This document shows, piece after piece, positions 53,950 to 63,213 of a stretch of DNA of 64,000 bases (position 1 is the stretch's first letter; every line of letters starts with the position of its first letter). A model generated the notes under the pieces. That model ran no database searches and had not been told where the DNA came from. It worked only from the letters and a program-made list of their open reading frames with translations. Origin of the DNA: Lachnospiraceae bacterium (GTDB lineage: Bacteria > Bacillota > Clostridia > Lachnospirales > Lachnospiraceae); the NCBI GenBank assembly GCA_024690885.1, contig JAILOI010000010.1, positions 1,830 through 65,829 of the forward strand. Reading direction: 5' to 3'. The position numbers and the translations under genes were made by a program.

Positions 53950-56000
53950 TACTCTGCTTTTTCTTCTACATATTCCTTACGGATTTCCTTGGTACGGATC
54001 TCCTCGGTAATATCTGCAACGAACTTCTCAAGTGCAACTGCACCTGCATCTCCGTCGTAACGGCTACGCATGGATACGGTACCATCTTCCTGTTCCTTCT
54101 CACCGACGATGAGCATGTAAGGAATCTTCTCATTACGGGCTTCACGAATCTTGTAACCAATCTTCTCGGAACGACGATCAACCTGAACGTCTACGCCGGC
54201 CTTACGAAGTTCAGCAAATACCTTGTCCGCATAATCGAAGTACTTCTCGGAAATCGGAAGAATACGAACCTGCTCAGGACATAACCAGGTCGGAAGCTTG
54301 CCGGCGTACTTCTCAATCAACCAAGCCAAGGTTCGCTCATAGCATCCCATAGAAGTTCTGTGGATGATGTATGGACGCTTCTTCTGGCCGTCCTTGTCGG
54401 TATAGCTCATATCGTAACGTTCAGAGAGGAACATATCCAACTGAATGGTAATCATGGTATCTTCCTTGCCGTATACGTTCTTCGCCTGGATATCCAACTT
54501 CGGGCCATAGAATGCAGCCTCACCGGCTTCTTCTGTATAATCCAAACCGATTTCATCCAGGATGGTACGCATTGCACCTTCAACACGATCCCAATCCTCT
54601 GCAGTACCAAGGTACTTATCCGGATTCTCCGGATCCCACTTGGACATACGATAAGTCACATCATCCTGTAAGCCTAAGGTGGTTAAACAATGCTTTGCAA
54701 GACGAACACAGTTCTTGAACTCTTCGTCAATCTGCTCCGGTGTACAAATCAGATGTCCCTCGGAGATGGTGAACTGACGAACACGGGTCAATCCATGCAT
54801 CTCACCGGAATCCTCGTTACGGAACAAAGTGGAAGTCTCACCCATACGATAAGGCAAATCACGATAGCTCTTCGGTCTTGCCTTGTAAACAAAATACTGG
54901 AATGGGCAAGTCATCGGACGCAGTGCAAATACATCGCTGTCCTGATCCTGCTCTAAGGAAGCCAAGTCCTCAATACCACGAACCTCGCGGTTATGCTGAC
55001 GCTCCTCTTCCTCCTTGGATAAGGCAATCTCATTCATGGTGAACATACCATCCTTGTAGTGATACCAGTGATCGGAAATCTTGTACAAGGTGGACTTTGC
55101 CATGTAAGGAGTACGAGTACGAACATAACCCCACTCATAATCCTCCAAATCCTCAATCCAACGCTGTAACTTCTGGATGATTTTGGTTCCTTTTGGCATA
55201 AAAAGTGGAAGTCCCTGACCGATAACATCAACCGTAGTAAACAAATCCATCTCACGACCAAGCTTATTGTGGTCACGATTCTTACGCTCTGCCAGCTCCT
55301 CTAAATACGCATTCAACTCATCCTTGGATGGGAAGGTCGTACCATAGATACGAGTCAACATTGCTTTATGCTCATCGCCTCTCCAGTAAGCACCGGAGGA
55401 AGAAATCAACTTAAATGCCTTCAACATATTCTTGTTGATTTTCATAATATGAGGACCGGCACACAAATCTACAAATCCGTCTCCCTGCTCATAGAAAGAG
55501 ATGGTTGCATCTTCCGGAAGATCCTCAATCAATTCCACCTTGTATGGCTCGTTACGATCCTTCATCAACTGAATCGCCTCTGCACGTGGAAGCTCAAAGT
55601 ACTTCAACTCTGCGCCGGCCTTGATGATCTTCTTCATCTCAGCTTCGATGGCATCCAAATCATCTCTGGTGAATGACTGGCAATCGAAGTCATAATAAAA
55701 GCCTTCATCGATGGCTGGTCCGATGGCAAGCTTTGCCTCCGGATATAAGTTCTTCACTGCCTGAGCCAATACGTGAGATGTGGTGTGACGCAACACACGC
55801 AGTCCCTCTGCATCGTTGGCAGTCAAGATGTTCAAATTGCAATCCTCGGTGATGACGGTACGTAAGTCCTTCACCTCACCGTTGACTTCTCCGGCACATG
55901 CTACACGTGCCAATCCCTCACTGATATCGGAAGCGATATCGATGATGGACATAGAAGAAGCGTATTCCTTGCTAGATCCGTCTTTCAATGTGATTTTCAT
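53949..56000 (-). CDS. thrS: Threonine--tRNA ligase
   Basis: TGS domain, HTTSH, DLCAGPH, RDHNKLG, RPMTCP, GLTRVR, AAFYGPK, IHR. Confidence 0.98.
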   Translation of the reverse strand: MKITLKDGSSKEYASSMSIIDIASDISEGLARVACAGEVNGEVKDLRTVITEDCNLNILTANDAEGLRVLRHTTSHVLAQAVKNLYPEAKLAIGPAIDEGFYYDFDCQSFTRDDLDAIEAEMKKIIKAGAELKYFELPRAEAIQLMKDRNEPYKVELIEDLPEDATISFYEQGDGFVDLCAGPHIMKINKNMLKAFKLISSSGAYWRGDEHKAMLTRIYGTTFPSKDELNAYLEELAERKNRDHNKLGREMDLFTTVDVIGQGLPLFMPKGTKIIQKLQRWIEDLEDYEWGYVRTRTPYMAKSTLYKISDHWYHYKDGMFTMNEIALSKEEEERQHNREVRGIEDLASLEQDQDSDVFALRPMTCPFQYFVYKARPKSYRDLPYRMGETSTLFRNEDSGEMHGLTRVRQFTISEGHLICTPEQIDEEFKNCVRLAKHCLTTLGLQDDVTYRMSKWDPENPDKYLGTAEDWDRVEGAMRTILDEIGLDYTEEAGEAAFYGPKLDIQAKNVYGKEDTMITIQLDMFLSERYDMSYTDKDGQKKRPYIIHRTSMGCYERTLAWLIEKYAGKLPTWLCPEQVRILPISEKYFDYADKVFAELRKAGVDVQVDRRSEKIGYKIREARNEKIPYMLIVGEKEQEDGTVSMRSRYDGDAGAVALEKFVADITEEIRTKEIRKEYVEEKAE

Positions 56001-56041
56001 ATTAGGTACCTCCTAAAAAACAAGTGATTCGGCTTCGCGTG

Positions 56042-56275
56042 AAAAAAAAGTCCCACGCAAAAAGCCATAGCTTCTGCATGGGACGAATAAATTCGCGGTT
56101 CCACCCTGCTTACCCCGTAACAAACGGGATCACTCATTGTGACGATAACGGAGTCACCGGACTCGATTAAGAGCCACTCAAAGATGGTGTTCGGCAAGTC
56201 TCAATCTGTCTCACTCTCAGCAATTGTGAAACTCTCTGGAAGACTGATAAACAAGCTTACTGTTCTTCTCAACGT
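56042..56275 (-). promoter_or_regulatory. T-box riboswitch (Thr)
   Basis: AGAGA and GCUG stem-I motifs, GAA-C-ACC specifier (56188-56186), T-box AGGGUGGAACCGCG (56107-56094), terminator GUCCCAUGCAGAAGC..GCUUUUUGCGUGGGAC-U8. Confidence 0.95.
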
Positions 56276-56286
56276 GTTATAAGCCA

Positions 56287-56315
56287 AATATACTCTCCAC
56301 CCGGTGGAAAGTCAA
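56287..56315 (-). promoter_or_regulatory. Sigma-A promoter of the thrS leader
   Basis: TTGACT-17-TATATT immediately 5' of T-box stem I. Confidence 0.8.
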
Positions 56316-56334
56316 TTTGTAAACTAACGAAAAA

Positions 56335-56838
56335 TTACTTCTTACCGCAGCAATATTTGTACTTTTTACCACTACCGCATGGGCAAGGATCGTTCCGTCC
56401 AACCTTCTTCTCTGCGTGAATCGTTCCGGACTTGCGCTGCTCTAAGAATAATTCCTTACGCTTTGCCTCATCGAAGATGTTCTCCCACTGTGGCAGGTTG
56501 TATAACCAGTCTGCACGTGCGTCAACCATGTTCATGTAAAGCTTTTCCTTGTCAAATACCAAGGATACTTCGGTATCTTCTTCCATGGTCTCGATTGGGT
56601 TTTCTTCCACAAGAGACTCATTGATTCCATCCAAGAATCCTGCCATCTCCAATGTGGTTACACCGTACTTCTCAGCCAATTCCTTCACGGAACCCTTCAC
56701 CGCAATGTTCGGGTCAGTCAAAAGCTTCTCATAGATGCTCTTCTCCTTCAAGAAGTAATCGTTCCAAAAACGCTCCAATGCGCCACGATCCAAGTTACGG
56801 TCGTAAGCAATTTTCTTCCACTCTTCTAATAATGCCAT
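56335..56838 (-). CDS. SEC-C metal-binding domain protein
   Basis: C-terminal [21 protein letters not shown]; ATG 56838 after AAGGAG. Confidence 0.9.
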   Translation of the reverse strand: MALLEEWKKIAYDRNLDRGALERFWNDYFLKEKSIYEKLLTDPNIAVKGSVKELAEKYGVTTLEMAGFLDGINESLVEENPIETMEEDTEVSLVFDKEKLYMNMVDARADWLYNLPQWENIFDEAKRKELFLEQRKSGTIHAEKKVGRNDPCPCGSGKKYKYCCGKK

Positions 56839-56905
56839 ATGTCGTTCTCCTTCTATACTCTTGTAGCCCAAAAGCCACAAATATACGTATTTTCACACGA
56901 GTGTC

Positions 56906-56957
56906 ATTATAACATTATCCCTTATCTATTGACAAGATTTCTTCCATTCTCTAGGAT
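56906..56957. promoter_or_regulatory. Overlapping divergent promoters
   Basis: Plus: TTGACA(56929)-17-TAGGAT; minus: extended TGtTATAAT at 56914-56906. Confidence 0.6.
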
Positions 56958-56986
56958 AAAAAAGAAGCAAAAAGCGAGGTAATTCC

Positions 56987-57196
56987 ATGAAGAAAGCAAA
57001 GCAAGTCCTTGCAATCGTAGGAATCTGTTTGTTGGTCGCCCTCTATGGCTCTACTCTGGTGTTTGCCATCATCGACGATCCCAAGACCTTCACCTTCTTG
57101 GCCGCTGCCATTGCAGCCACCATCATCATTCCGGTGATGCTATGGGTGATGGGCATTTTCCTTCGCCTTGCAAAAAAAGACGACAAAGAGAACTAA
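56987..57196 (+). CDS. Small two-TM membrane protein
   Basis: GAGGT RBS, own promoter, two hydrophobic helices, terminator at 3' end. Confidence 0.8.
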   Translation: MKKAKQVLAIVGICLLVALYGSTLVFAIIDDPKTFTFLAAAIAATIIIPVMLWVMGIFLRLAKKDDKEN

Positions 57197-57214
57197 TCTC
57201 TTGTCGTCTTTTTT
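57172..57214. terminator. Bidirectional terminator
   Basis: AAAAAAGACGACAA-agag...ctc-TTGTCGTCTTTTTT between convergent genes. Confidence 0.85.
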
Positions 57215-57215
57215 G

Positions 57216-59357
57216 TTATCTTCTACGACGCATGGCCCAGATGATAATGCCTAAAATAATGCTTCCAATTGGAATCAGACCAATCCAAAGGAGGGCATAC
57301 ATCCGACGTGCATAGGTAGACACCGTCAAGGTCGGCGCATCGTAATTTTTCACACCAACCACAATATTTTCACTGGTATCCGTATCTGTTACCGTCACCA
57401 GAAGCTGCGAAAACAGCTGTGCATTTCGTCCGGAAACGATGGAATCCGCTTCATCCGTGAAGGCATATGGGGAACCGTAGAGATAGATGTTGCATCCGCT
57501 CTCTGCCGTTACATTCAAGCCCACGGTAAACGGACCTTCCGCATCCCCGGCTTCCTTGGTAATGGCATTTAAGCCGGCCTGCTCATTGACACTTGCTATG
57601 GCTTCATCCACACTGGCAAAGGTTTTTACATAGGATACATCGGAACTTTGCATCAGCGGCGTATAGGTTACCCCTTCCTGCTCTCCATAGGAGAAGGCAA
57701 CGGAATACGGGAAAAAGACCTTCAAGGCACCTGCGAGTTCTCCATTCACTTCTTCGGAACTTACCTGGGGCAACAAGTAATACTGGCTCTGGTAGTAAGC
57801 CTGGGTATCGTCCTCTGCCACTAATCCCTCCGTCACCGTAATGCCGTAACCGGATAACACCTCTAAGAAATTATGTATGCTGTCCAATGCCTTAAAGTCT
57901 ACGGTGACCATCATCTGTCCACCGGCATCCAAATAGGCCTGCAGCTTTTTCACATCATCCGCTGAAAAATCCATCTGCGGTGCATGAATAATCAGAAGCT
58001 GTGCATCCTCCGGAACCGCATCTTCCGTTAGGAAGTTTAAGTTCTTCAGTTCCATGTTGGCTTTTTCCAATGCTTCCGAAAAGTTTCCGGAAATTGGGGT
58101 TTCATTGTGTCCGCTTAAGGCATAAATCACCGGACGTTCTTTGGTCAGCACATAGCTGATGGCAGAGGTAATCTGACCCTCTCCGTCAAAACCGGATGCG
58201 GAATAGTTACCGGTATAGTAATCCATGTTACCCTCGTACAAATCCATGTAGTTGATGACCTTGTAGGCATACGGGCCTTCTACAATCACGCTGTCCACAG
58301 CCAGATCCGACGCTTCATACTTGGCACCGAAGTCCGGATTACTCTCCGGATTTACGTACTTCACTGCAATATGGGAATTGGCGGTTTTATAGTTGGTCAA
58401 CAACTTTACGATGGTTTCATCTGCCGAAGCCTTCGTATTGTAATAATAGATGGTCACATCTTCATCCACGTTCTTCAAGTAATCCTTGGTGGTGTCCGTC
58501 AGGGAATATAAACCCTGCTTCGTAAAATCAAGCGCCGTATAAGTGGACGGGATGGCGCGTACGCCCACATTTAGAAGCACAATCACCACCAGTCCCAACA
58601 CGAAGGTCACTCCGCTAAATACGGAGAAACTAATCTTCTTAGAGCTGACATTCCAGCGCCGCTTCTGAATCCCCTCATAGGTCAGGAATATACAAAGAAC
58701 AATCAGTGACAGATAATACACCACATGCACCAGATTTAAATTTCCACCCATGAAATCCCGCATTGGAGTGTAGATATCATAACAATTCAACACCTTGGTC
58801 AGTAAGTTTCCGGTGGAAGATATCATCTGGGTTAAATTCGTCATCACATATCCGATGAATAGAAGTACAAATGATGAAACCGCGGCAATAATCTGATTCT
58901 CTGTCAAAGAAGAAACCACCATACCGATGGCCAGACAGGTCAGTCCATACAAGGAAAAACCAAGCAGCGCCACGTAGCTGTTGCTATAGGTCACCTCTCC
59001 AAAAAAGGACAATAACAAGGGAGAGATTCCCATCAATACCACGCAGATTCCAAAACAAGCCGCCAATGCCAGAAACTTTCCAAGCACAATCTGCAAGGTA
59101 GAAACCGGTGCGGTCAAAATCAACTGATCCGTCTTATTCTTCCGTTCTTCCGAGAAGATACGCATGGAAAGAATCGGTGCCGTTACGATGATAATAAAAG
59201 GCAACTGTTCCAAGGTAAATGCAATATTGCCATATCCCTGAATCAACTGATTCAACAAAAAATACAAACCATAGAAGGCCATATTCACGCCAACGAAAAT
59301 CCATCCGGTGACGCTGGTAAACAAGCCACGTAATTCACGCTTACATATCGCTAGCAT
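57216..59357 (-). CDS. ABC-2 permease fused to a GldG-like auxiliary domain
   Basis: KRELR..F.S..GW, SEERK..TDQL..TAP, then D.T....YSL...T, GE..ITSAI, GHNE, C-terminal TM; ATG 59357. Confidence 0.88.
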   Translation of the reverse strand: MLAICKRELRGLFTSVTGWIFVGVNMAFYGLYFLLNQLIQGYGNIAFTLEQLPFIIIVTAPILSMRIFSEERKNKTDQLILTAPVSTLQIVLGKFLALAACFGICVVLMGISPLLLSFFGEVTYSNSYVALLGFSLYGLTCLAIGMVVSSLTENQIIAAVSSFVLLFIGYVMTNLTQMISSTGNLLTKVLNCYDIYTPMRDFMGGNLNLVHVVYYLSLIVLCIFLTYEGIQKRRWNVSSKKISFSVFSGVTFVLGLVVIVLLNVGVRAIPSTYTALDFTKQGLYSLTDTTKDYLKNVDEDVTIYYYNTKASADETIVKLLTNYKTANSHIAVKYVNPESNPDFGAKYEASDLAVDSVIVEGPYAYKVINYMDLYEGNMDYYTGNYSASGFDGEGQITSAISYVLTKERPVIYALSGHNETPISGNFSEALEKANMELKNLNFLTEDAVPEDAQLLIIHAPQMDFSADDVKKLQAYLDAGGQMMVTVDFKALDSIHNFLEVLSGYGITVTEGLVAEDDTQAYYQSQYYLLPQVSSEEVNGELAGALKVFFPYSVAFSYGEQEGVTYTPLMQSSDVSYVKTFASVDEAIASVNEQAGLNAITKEAGDAEGPFTVGLNVTAESGCNIYLYGSPYAFTDEADSIVSGRNAQLFSQLLVTVTDTDTSENIVVGVKNYDAPTLTVSTYARRMYALLWIGLIPIGSIILGIIIWAMRRRR

Positions 59358-60336
59358 CCGCTGCATCCTCCTCTTCGTCCATCTCGTCATCCGCATCGGA
59401 TGCATAGGTATCTGCCGTCATCTCAAGGAATACATCCTCAAGGGACTGACCCACTTCTTTCATCTCTAAGATTGCAAATCCAAGGGTTCCCAAGGTCTTC
59501 GATACCTGGGCACGAATATCTTCTTTGGTAGCTGCTACCACTTCCAGTGATACTTCGTCCCCTTCCAACACCTCTCCTGTAACGGAAGAGACTTCATTCA
59601 AGGATTGTAATGCGCATTTGGCCGCTTCCAAATCGCCACATCCCGTAATACAAATCCGCTGACTTTCTTTCAGATGCAACGGCAGATTTGCTGTGGTATC
59701 ACTCAACACCAGATGTCCCTGGGAAATAATAAAGACGTGATCACAAACTTCACTAATCTCCGACAAAATATGAGAGCTTAAGATAACCGCATGATCTTCT
59801 TTCAAGGAACGAATCAGTTCACGCACTTCTGTAATCTGCTTCGGATCTAACCCTACGGTCGGTTCGTCCAAAATAATCACCTTGGGATTTCCAAGCAATG
59901 CCTGAGCTAAACCTACACGCTGACGATATCCCTTGGATAGATTGCGAATCAGCTTCTGACATACGGTGGTGGTCTGTGTCTTTTCCAACACATCAATCAC
60001 TTCATCAATCCGCTGCTTCTTTGGAATGCCCTTCAGTTCTGCTACAAACTTCAGGTATTCTTCCACCGTCATGTCCATATACAAGGGTGGAATCTCCGGC
60101 AGATAGCCGATGTTCTTCTTCGCCGCAATGGAGTCTCGAAAGATATCATGTCCGTCAATCTTCACTTCCCCTTCGCTAGCGGCCAGGTAGCCGGTCATAA
60201 TGTTCATAGTCGTCGATTTACCGGCACCGTTCGGTCCTAACAGTCCGTAGATTTTTCCCGGTTCTACGGTAAAAGAAATCTGCTCAATGGCAGTCTTTGT
60301 ACCATACCGTTTGGTAAGATTTTTTACCTCAACCAC
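59341..60336 (-). CDS. ABC transporter ATP-binding protein (GldA-like)
   Basis: GPNGAGKST, LSKGYRQR, ILDEPT, SSH; GTG start 60336 after AGGAGG. Confidence 0.92.
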   Translation of the reverse strand: MVEVKNLTKRYGTKTAIEQISFTVEPGKIYGLLGPNGAGKSTTMNIMTGYLAASEGEVKIDGHDIFRDSIAAKKNIGYLPEIPPLYMDMTVEEYLKFVAELKGIPKKQRIDEVIDVLEKTQTTTVCQKLIRNLSKGYRQRVGLAQALLGNPKVIILDEPTVGLDPKQITEVRELIRSLKEDHAVILSSHILSEISEVCDHVFIISQGHLVLSDTTANLPLHLKESQRICITGCGDLEAAKCALQSLNEVSSVTGEVLEGDEVSLEVVAATKEDIRAQVSKTLGTLGFAILEMKEVGQSLEDVFLEMTADTYASDADDEMDEEEDAADASDM

Positions 60337-60406
60337 GTGTCCATATCCTCCTAGTCGTAAACTCAAAAACAAATTGATTGTAAAGCTTAATTGTGAACAT
60401 CTTGTG

Positions 60407-60445
60407 AAAAAAGAACCCCAAGCCAAAATTTTCATGACTTGGGGT
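60407..60445 (-). terminator. Terminator after purA
   Basis: ACCCCAAG...CTTGGGGT stem, then UCUUUUUU on minus. Confidence 0.8.
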
Positions 60446-60452
60446 AAAAATC

Positions 60453-61739
60453 TTATAATGCAGACTTGCGATAGATGATATCGTTACGTCCCGGTCCATT
60501 GGATACCATGGTGATTGGGAAGCCAATCTCCTGTTCAATGAACTCAATATACTTACGGCAGTTCTCCGGAAGTTCTTCGTAAGACTTAATGCCTCGGATG
60601 TCAGTCTTCCAACCAGGCAAGGTCTTCAGTACCGGCTTTGCCTTCTCTAATTTTGCAGTTACCGGGAAGTCGGTGGTAACTTCACCATCGATTTCATAAC
60701 CAACACAGACCGGAATCTCGTCTAAATATCCTAAGACATCCAATACGGTAAATGCCACATCCGTCGTTCCCTGCATACGGCAACCATACTTAGAAGCAAC
60801 GCAGTCAAACCATCCCATACGACGTGGGCGACCGGTGGTTGCACCGAACTCTCCGCCATCACCACCACGGCGACGTAACTCATCTGCCTCATCACCAAAG
60901 ATTTCGCTTACGAACGCACCGGCTCCTACGGCAGAAGAATATGCCTTACATACGGTAACAATCTGCTGAATCTCATAAGGAGGAATTCCCGCACCGATAG
61001 CACCATATGCTGCCAATGTAGAGGAAGAAGTAACCATCGGATAAATTCCATGGTCCGGATCCTTCAAGGTTCCAAGCTGTCCTTCTAAGAGGATGTTCTT
61101 ACCTTCCTTAATCGCATTCCACAACATGGTGGATACATCACAAACATAAGGAGCGATCATGTCACGATACTCATGCAAGGTTGCAAGCAACTCCTCCGGC
61201 TGAAGCAATGGCTTGTGATACAAGTGCTCCAATAACACGTTCTTCTGCTCACAGGTACGAGCTACCTTATCCTTCAAGATTTCATCATCAAATAATTCAC
61301 TGACCTGATATCCAACCTTGGCATACTTATCAGAGTAGAATGGAGCAATTCCGGACTTGGTAGATCCAAAGGATGCCTTACCCAAACGCTCTTCCTCATA
61401 CTGATCGAATAAAATATGATATGGCATCACGATCTGGCAACGATCGGATACAGCAATCTTCGGCATTGGAACACCCTTGTCCGTAATGGACTTGATTTCA
61501 TTAAACAATACCGGAATGTTCAATGCGACACCGTTACCGATTACGCTGGTGGTATGATTGTAAAATACACCGGACGGTAAGGTATGTAGGGCGAACTTAC
61601 CATAATTGTTCACGATGGTGTGACCGGCATTCGCTCCTCCCTGAAAGCGCACAATATAATCGGCTTCCTGAGCAAGCATGTCTGTGATTTTGCCCTTGCC
61701 TTCATCACCCCAGTTTGCTCCTACAATTGCTTTAACCAT
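60453..61739 (-). CDS. purA: Adenylosuccinate synthase
   Basis: WGDEGKGK, GGANAGHT, GEFGATTGRPRR.GWFD. Confidence 0.97.
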   Translation of the reverse strand: MVKAIVGANWGDEGKGKITDMLAQEADYIVRFQGGANAGHTIVNNYGKFALHTLPSGVFYNHTTSVIGNGVALNIPVLFNEIKSITDKGVPMPKIAVSDRCQIVMPYHILFDQYEEERLGKASFGSTKSGIAPFYSDKYAKVGYQVSELFDDEILKDKVARTCEQKNVLLEHLYHKPLLQPEELLATLHEYRDMIAPYVCDVSTMLWNAIKEGKNILLEGQLGTLKDPDHGIYPMVTSSSTLAAYGAIGAGIPPYEIQQIVTVCKAYSSAVGAGAFVSEIFGDEADELRRRGGDGGEFGATTGRPRRMGWFDCVASKYGCRMQGTTDVAFTVLDVLGYLDEIPVCVGYEIDGEVTTDFPVTAKLEKAKPVLKTLPGWKTDIRGIKSYEELPENCRKYIEFIEQEIGFPITMVSNGPGRNDIIYRKSAL

Positions 61740-61780
61740 AACTCTTATAGTTCCTCCTGATAATCTTTCTTCAAAATATA

Positions 61781-62659
61781 TTACTCAAATTCTTCAATCT
61801 TCACCAAGCTTGGAGTTGCGGTAACCGCCAGGGCGCCCGGTCCAATATGGCAAGAAATCGAAAGTGGCAACGGATTAATAATAATGGTACGATCCGGGAA
61901 AAGCTCCAGGAGTTCTTCACGGAAAATCTCCGCTTCCTTCTGATTCTGTGTATGTGCAATGGAAATCACAGAATGGGAAGCATCCGGGTCAGCAAATCGA
62001 TTGGATAAATCCGATGTAATGGCATCCATCATAATCTGCTTCGCCTGCTTTAAGGTGCGAGCCTGTGCAAATCGATCCAGCTTCTCGCCTTGGATTTGTA
62101 ATACCGGCTTAATACGTAACAGCGTACCAATTGCTGCAACTGCCGGAGTCAGACGGCCACCCTTCTTCAAATACTTCAAGGTATCAACCATGATGTAGAT
62201 GGTGCTGTCAAACTTGGTTTTCTCAAGATATGTGCGAATCTCTTCGCCATCCTTACCCTCATCCGCCATCCGCTTTGCTTCATACGCAGACAGCTTCTGA
62301 GTAACCGAAATTCTCTGGTTGTTTACAACAAACACCTTGCCTTCGTAATCTTCCGACAACATCATGGCTGTCTCACAAGACGAAGACAATCCGCTGGACA
62401 TAGGAATGTAAACCACCTGATCGTGGTCTTCCAACAACTTCTCCCAATAATCCATCACATCACCAACCAATGGCATGGAGGTGGTTATCTCGTGATCCTC
62501 TTCCTGTAAACGGAAAAACTCATCACGGGTCAAATCTACATCTTCGTAGTATAATTTGTCATCAATATAGAATGGCATCGGCAACAAATAGATACCGGCC
62601 TTCTTCGCTTCATCAGGTGTAACACCACTATTGGAGTCCACCAATATCGCAACGCTCAT
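61781..62659 (-). CDS. DegV-family fatty acid-binding protein
   Basis: VDS, TTSMP, SSGLSSS, L.YLKKGGR, IKPVL, HIGPG. Confidence 0.93.
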   Translation of the reverse strand: MSVAILVDSNSGVTPDEAKKAGIYLLPMPFYIDDKLYYEDVDLTRDEFFRLQEEDHEITTSMPLVGDVMDYWEKLLEDHDQVVYIPMSSGLSSSCETAMMLSEDYEGKVFVVNNQRISVTQKLSAYEAKRMADEGKDGEEIRTYLEKTKFDSTIYIMVDTLKYLKKGGRLTPAVAAIGTLLRIKPVLQIQGEKLDRFAQARTLKQAKQIMMDAITSDLSNRFADPDASHSVISIAHTQNQKEAEIFREELLELFPDRTIIINPLPLSISCHIGPGALAVTATPSLVKIEEFE

Positions 62660-62702
62660 CCCTACTCTCCTCTATTTAATTTACTCGGAACGCAACGCTG
62701 TC

Positions 62703-62731
62703 ATTCTATCATAAAACAAAGCGTTATACAA
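62703..62731 (-). promoter_or_regulatory. Sigma-A promoter for degV
   Basis: TTGTAT-17-TAGAAT with extended TGa. Confidence 0.7.
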
Positions 62732-62770
62732 CAATTGCGCCTACAATTCTATGGAAACGCACGGAAGTTG

Positions 62771-63157
62771 CTAAGCGCCCTTGCGATTGGTTTTCTCCAG
62801 GAATCGATCATTGCTTATGATGAAACGACGGTGGGTTCCGCTTCCGATTTTGCCTGCCTCATCAAAGGCTTCCACATGAAACTCCAAAGCTCTGCCATCA
62901 ATGGAAACCAAGGTACTTTCACACCGAAACTTCATACCAAGCGGTGTTGCTGCATCATGGGAAAAGGCCATATACGTTCCCACGGTACCAGTCCCCTCTT
63001 CTAAGGCATCAGCCACGGATTTCCAGGCAGCCTCCTCCAGCCCCGCAATGACTGCAGGTGTTGCAAGTACCGGTAGTTCTCCACTCCCCATAGCCTTGGC
63101 CGTTAACGCCTCACTTACCACACCCTCCACGGTATAGCTACATCCAATCTCTAGCAT
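62771..63157 (-). CDS. FlK-like hotdog-fold thioesterase
   Basis: GSGELPVLATP...E, TVGT...H.AATP.G, G.H.R; ATG 63157 after AAGGAG. Confidence 0.9.
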   Translation of the reverse strand: MLEIGCSYTVEGVVSEALTAKAMGSGELPVLATPAVIAGLEEAAWKSVADALEEGTGTVGTYMAFSHDAATPLGMKFRCESTLVSIDGRALEFHVEAFDEAGKIGSGTHRRFIISNDRFLEKTNRKGA

Positions 63158-63176
63158 CCCAAACTCCTTTCTCCGT

Positions 63177-63206
63177 AAAAAAGGCTGTCGGAAAATCCGA
63201 CAGCCC
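63177..63206 (-). terminator. Terminator after groEL
   Basis: GGCTGTCGGA-AAA-TCCGACAGCC with U6 tail on minus. Confidence 0.9.
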
Positions 63207-63213
63207 AAATAAA

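Noticed and set aside
60391-60408. Second Rex box (TTGTGAA-CATC-TTGTGAA)
   Set aside because: It is a direct rather than inverted repeat, so better read as an OmpR-type site
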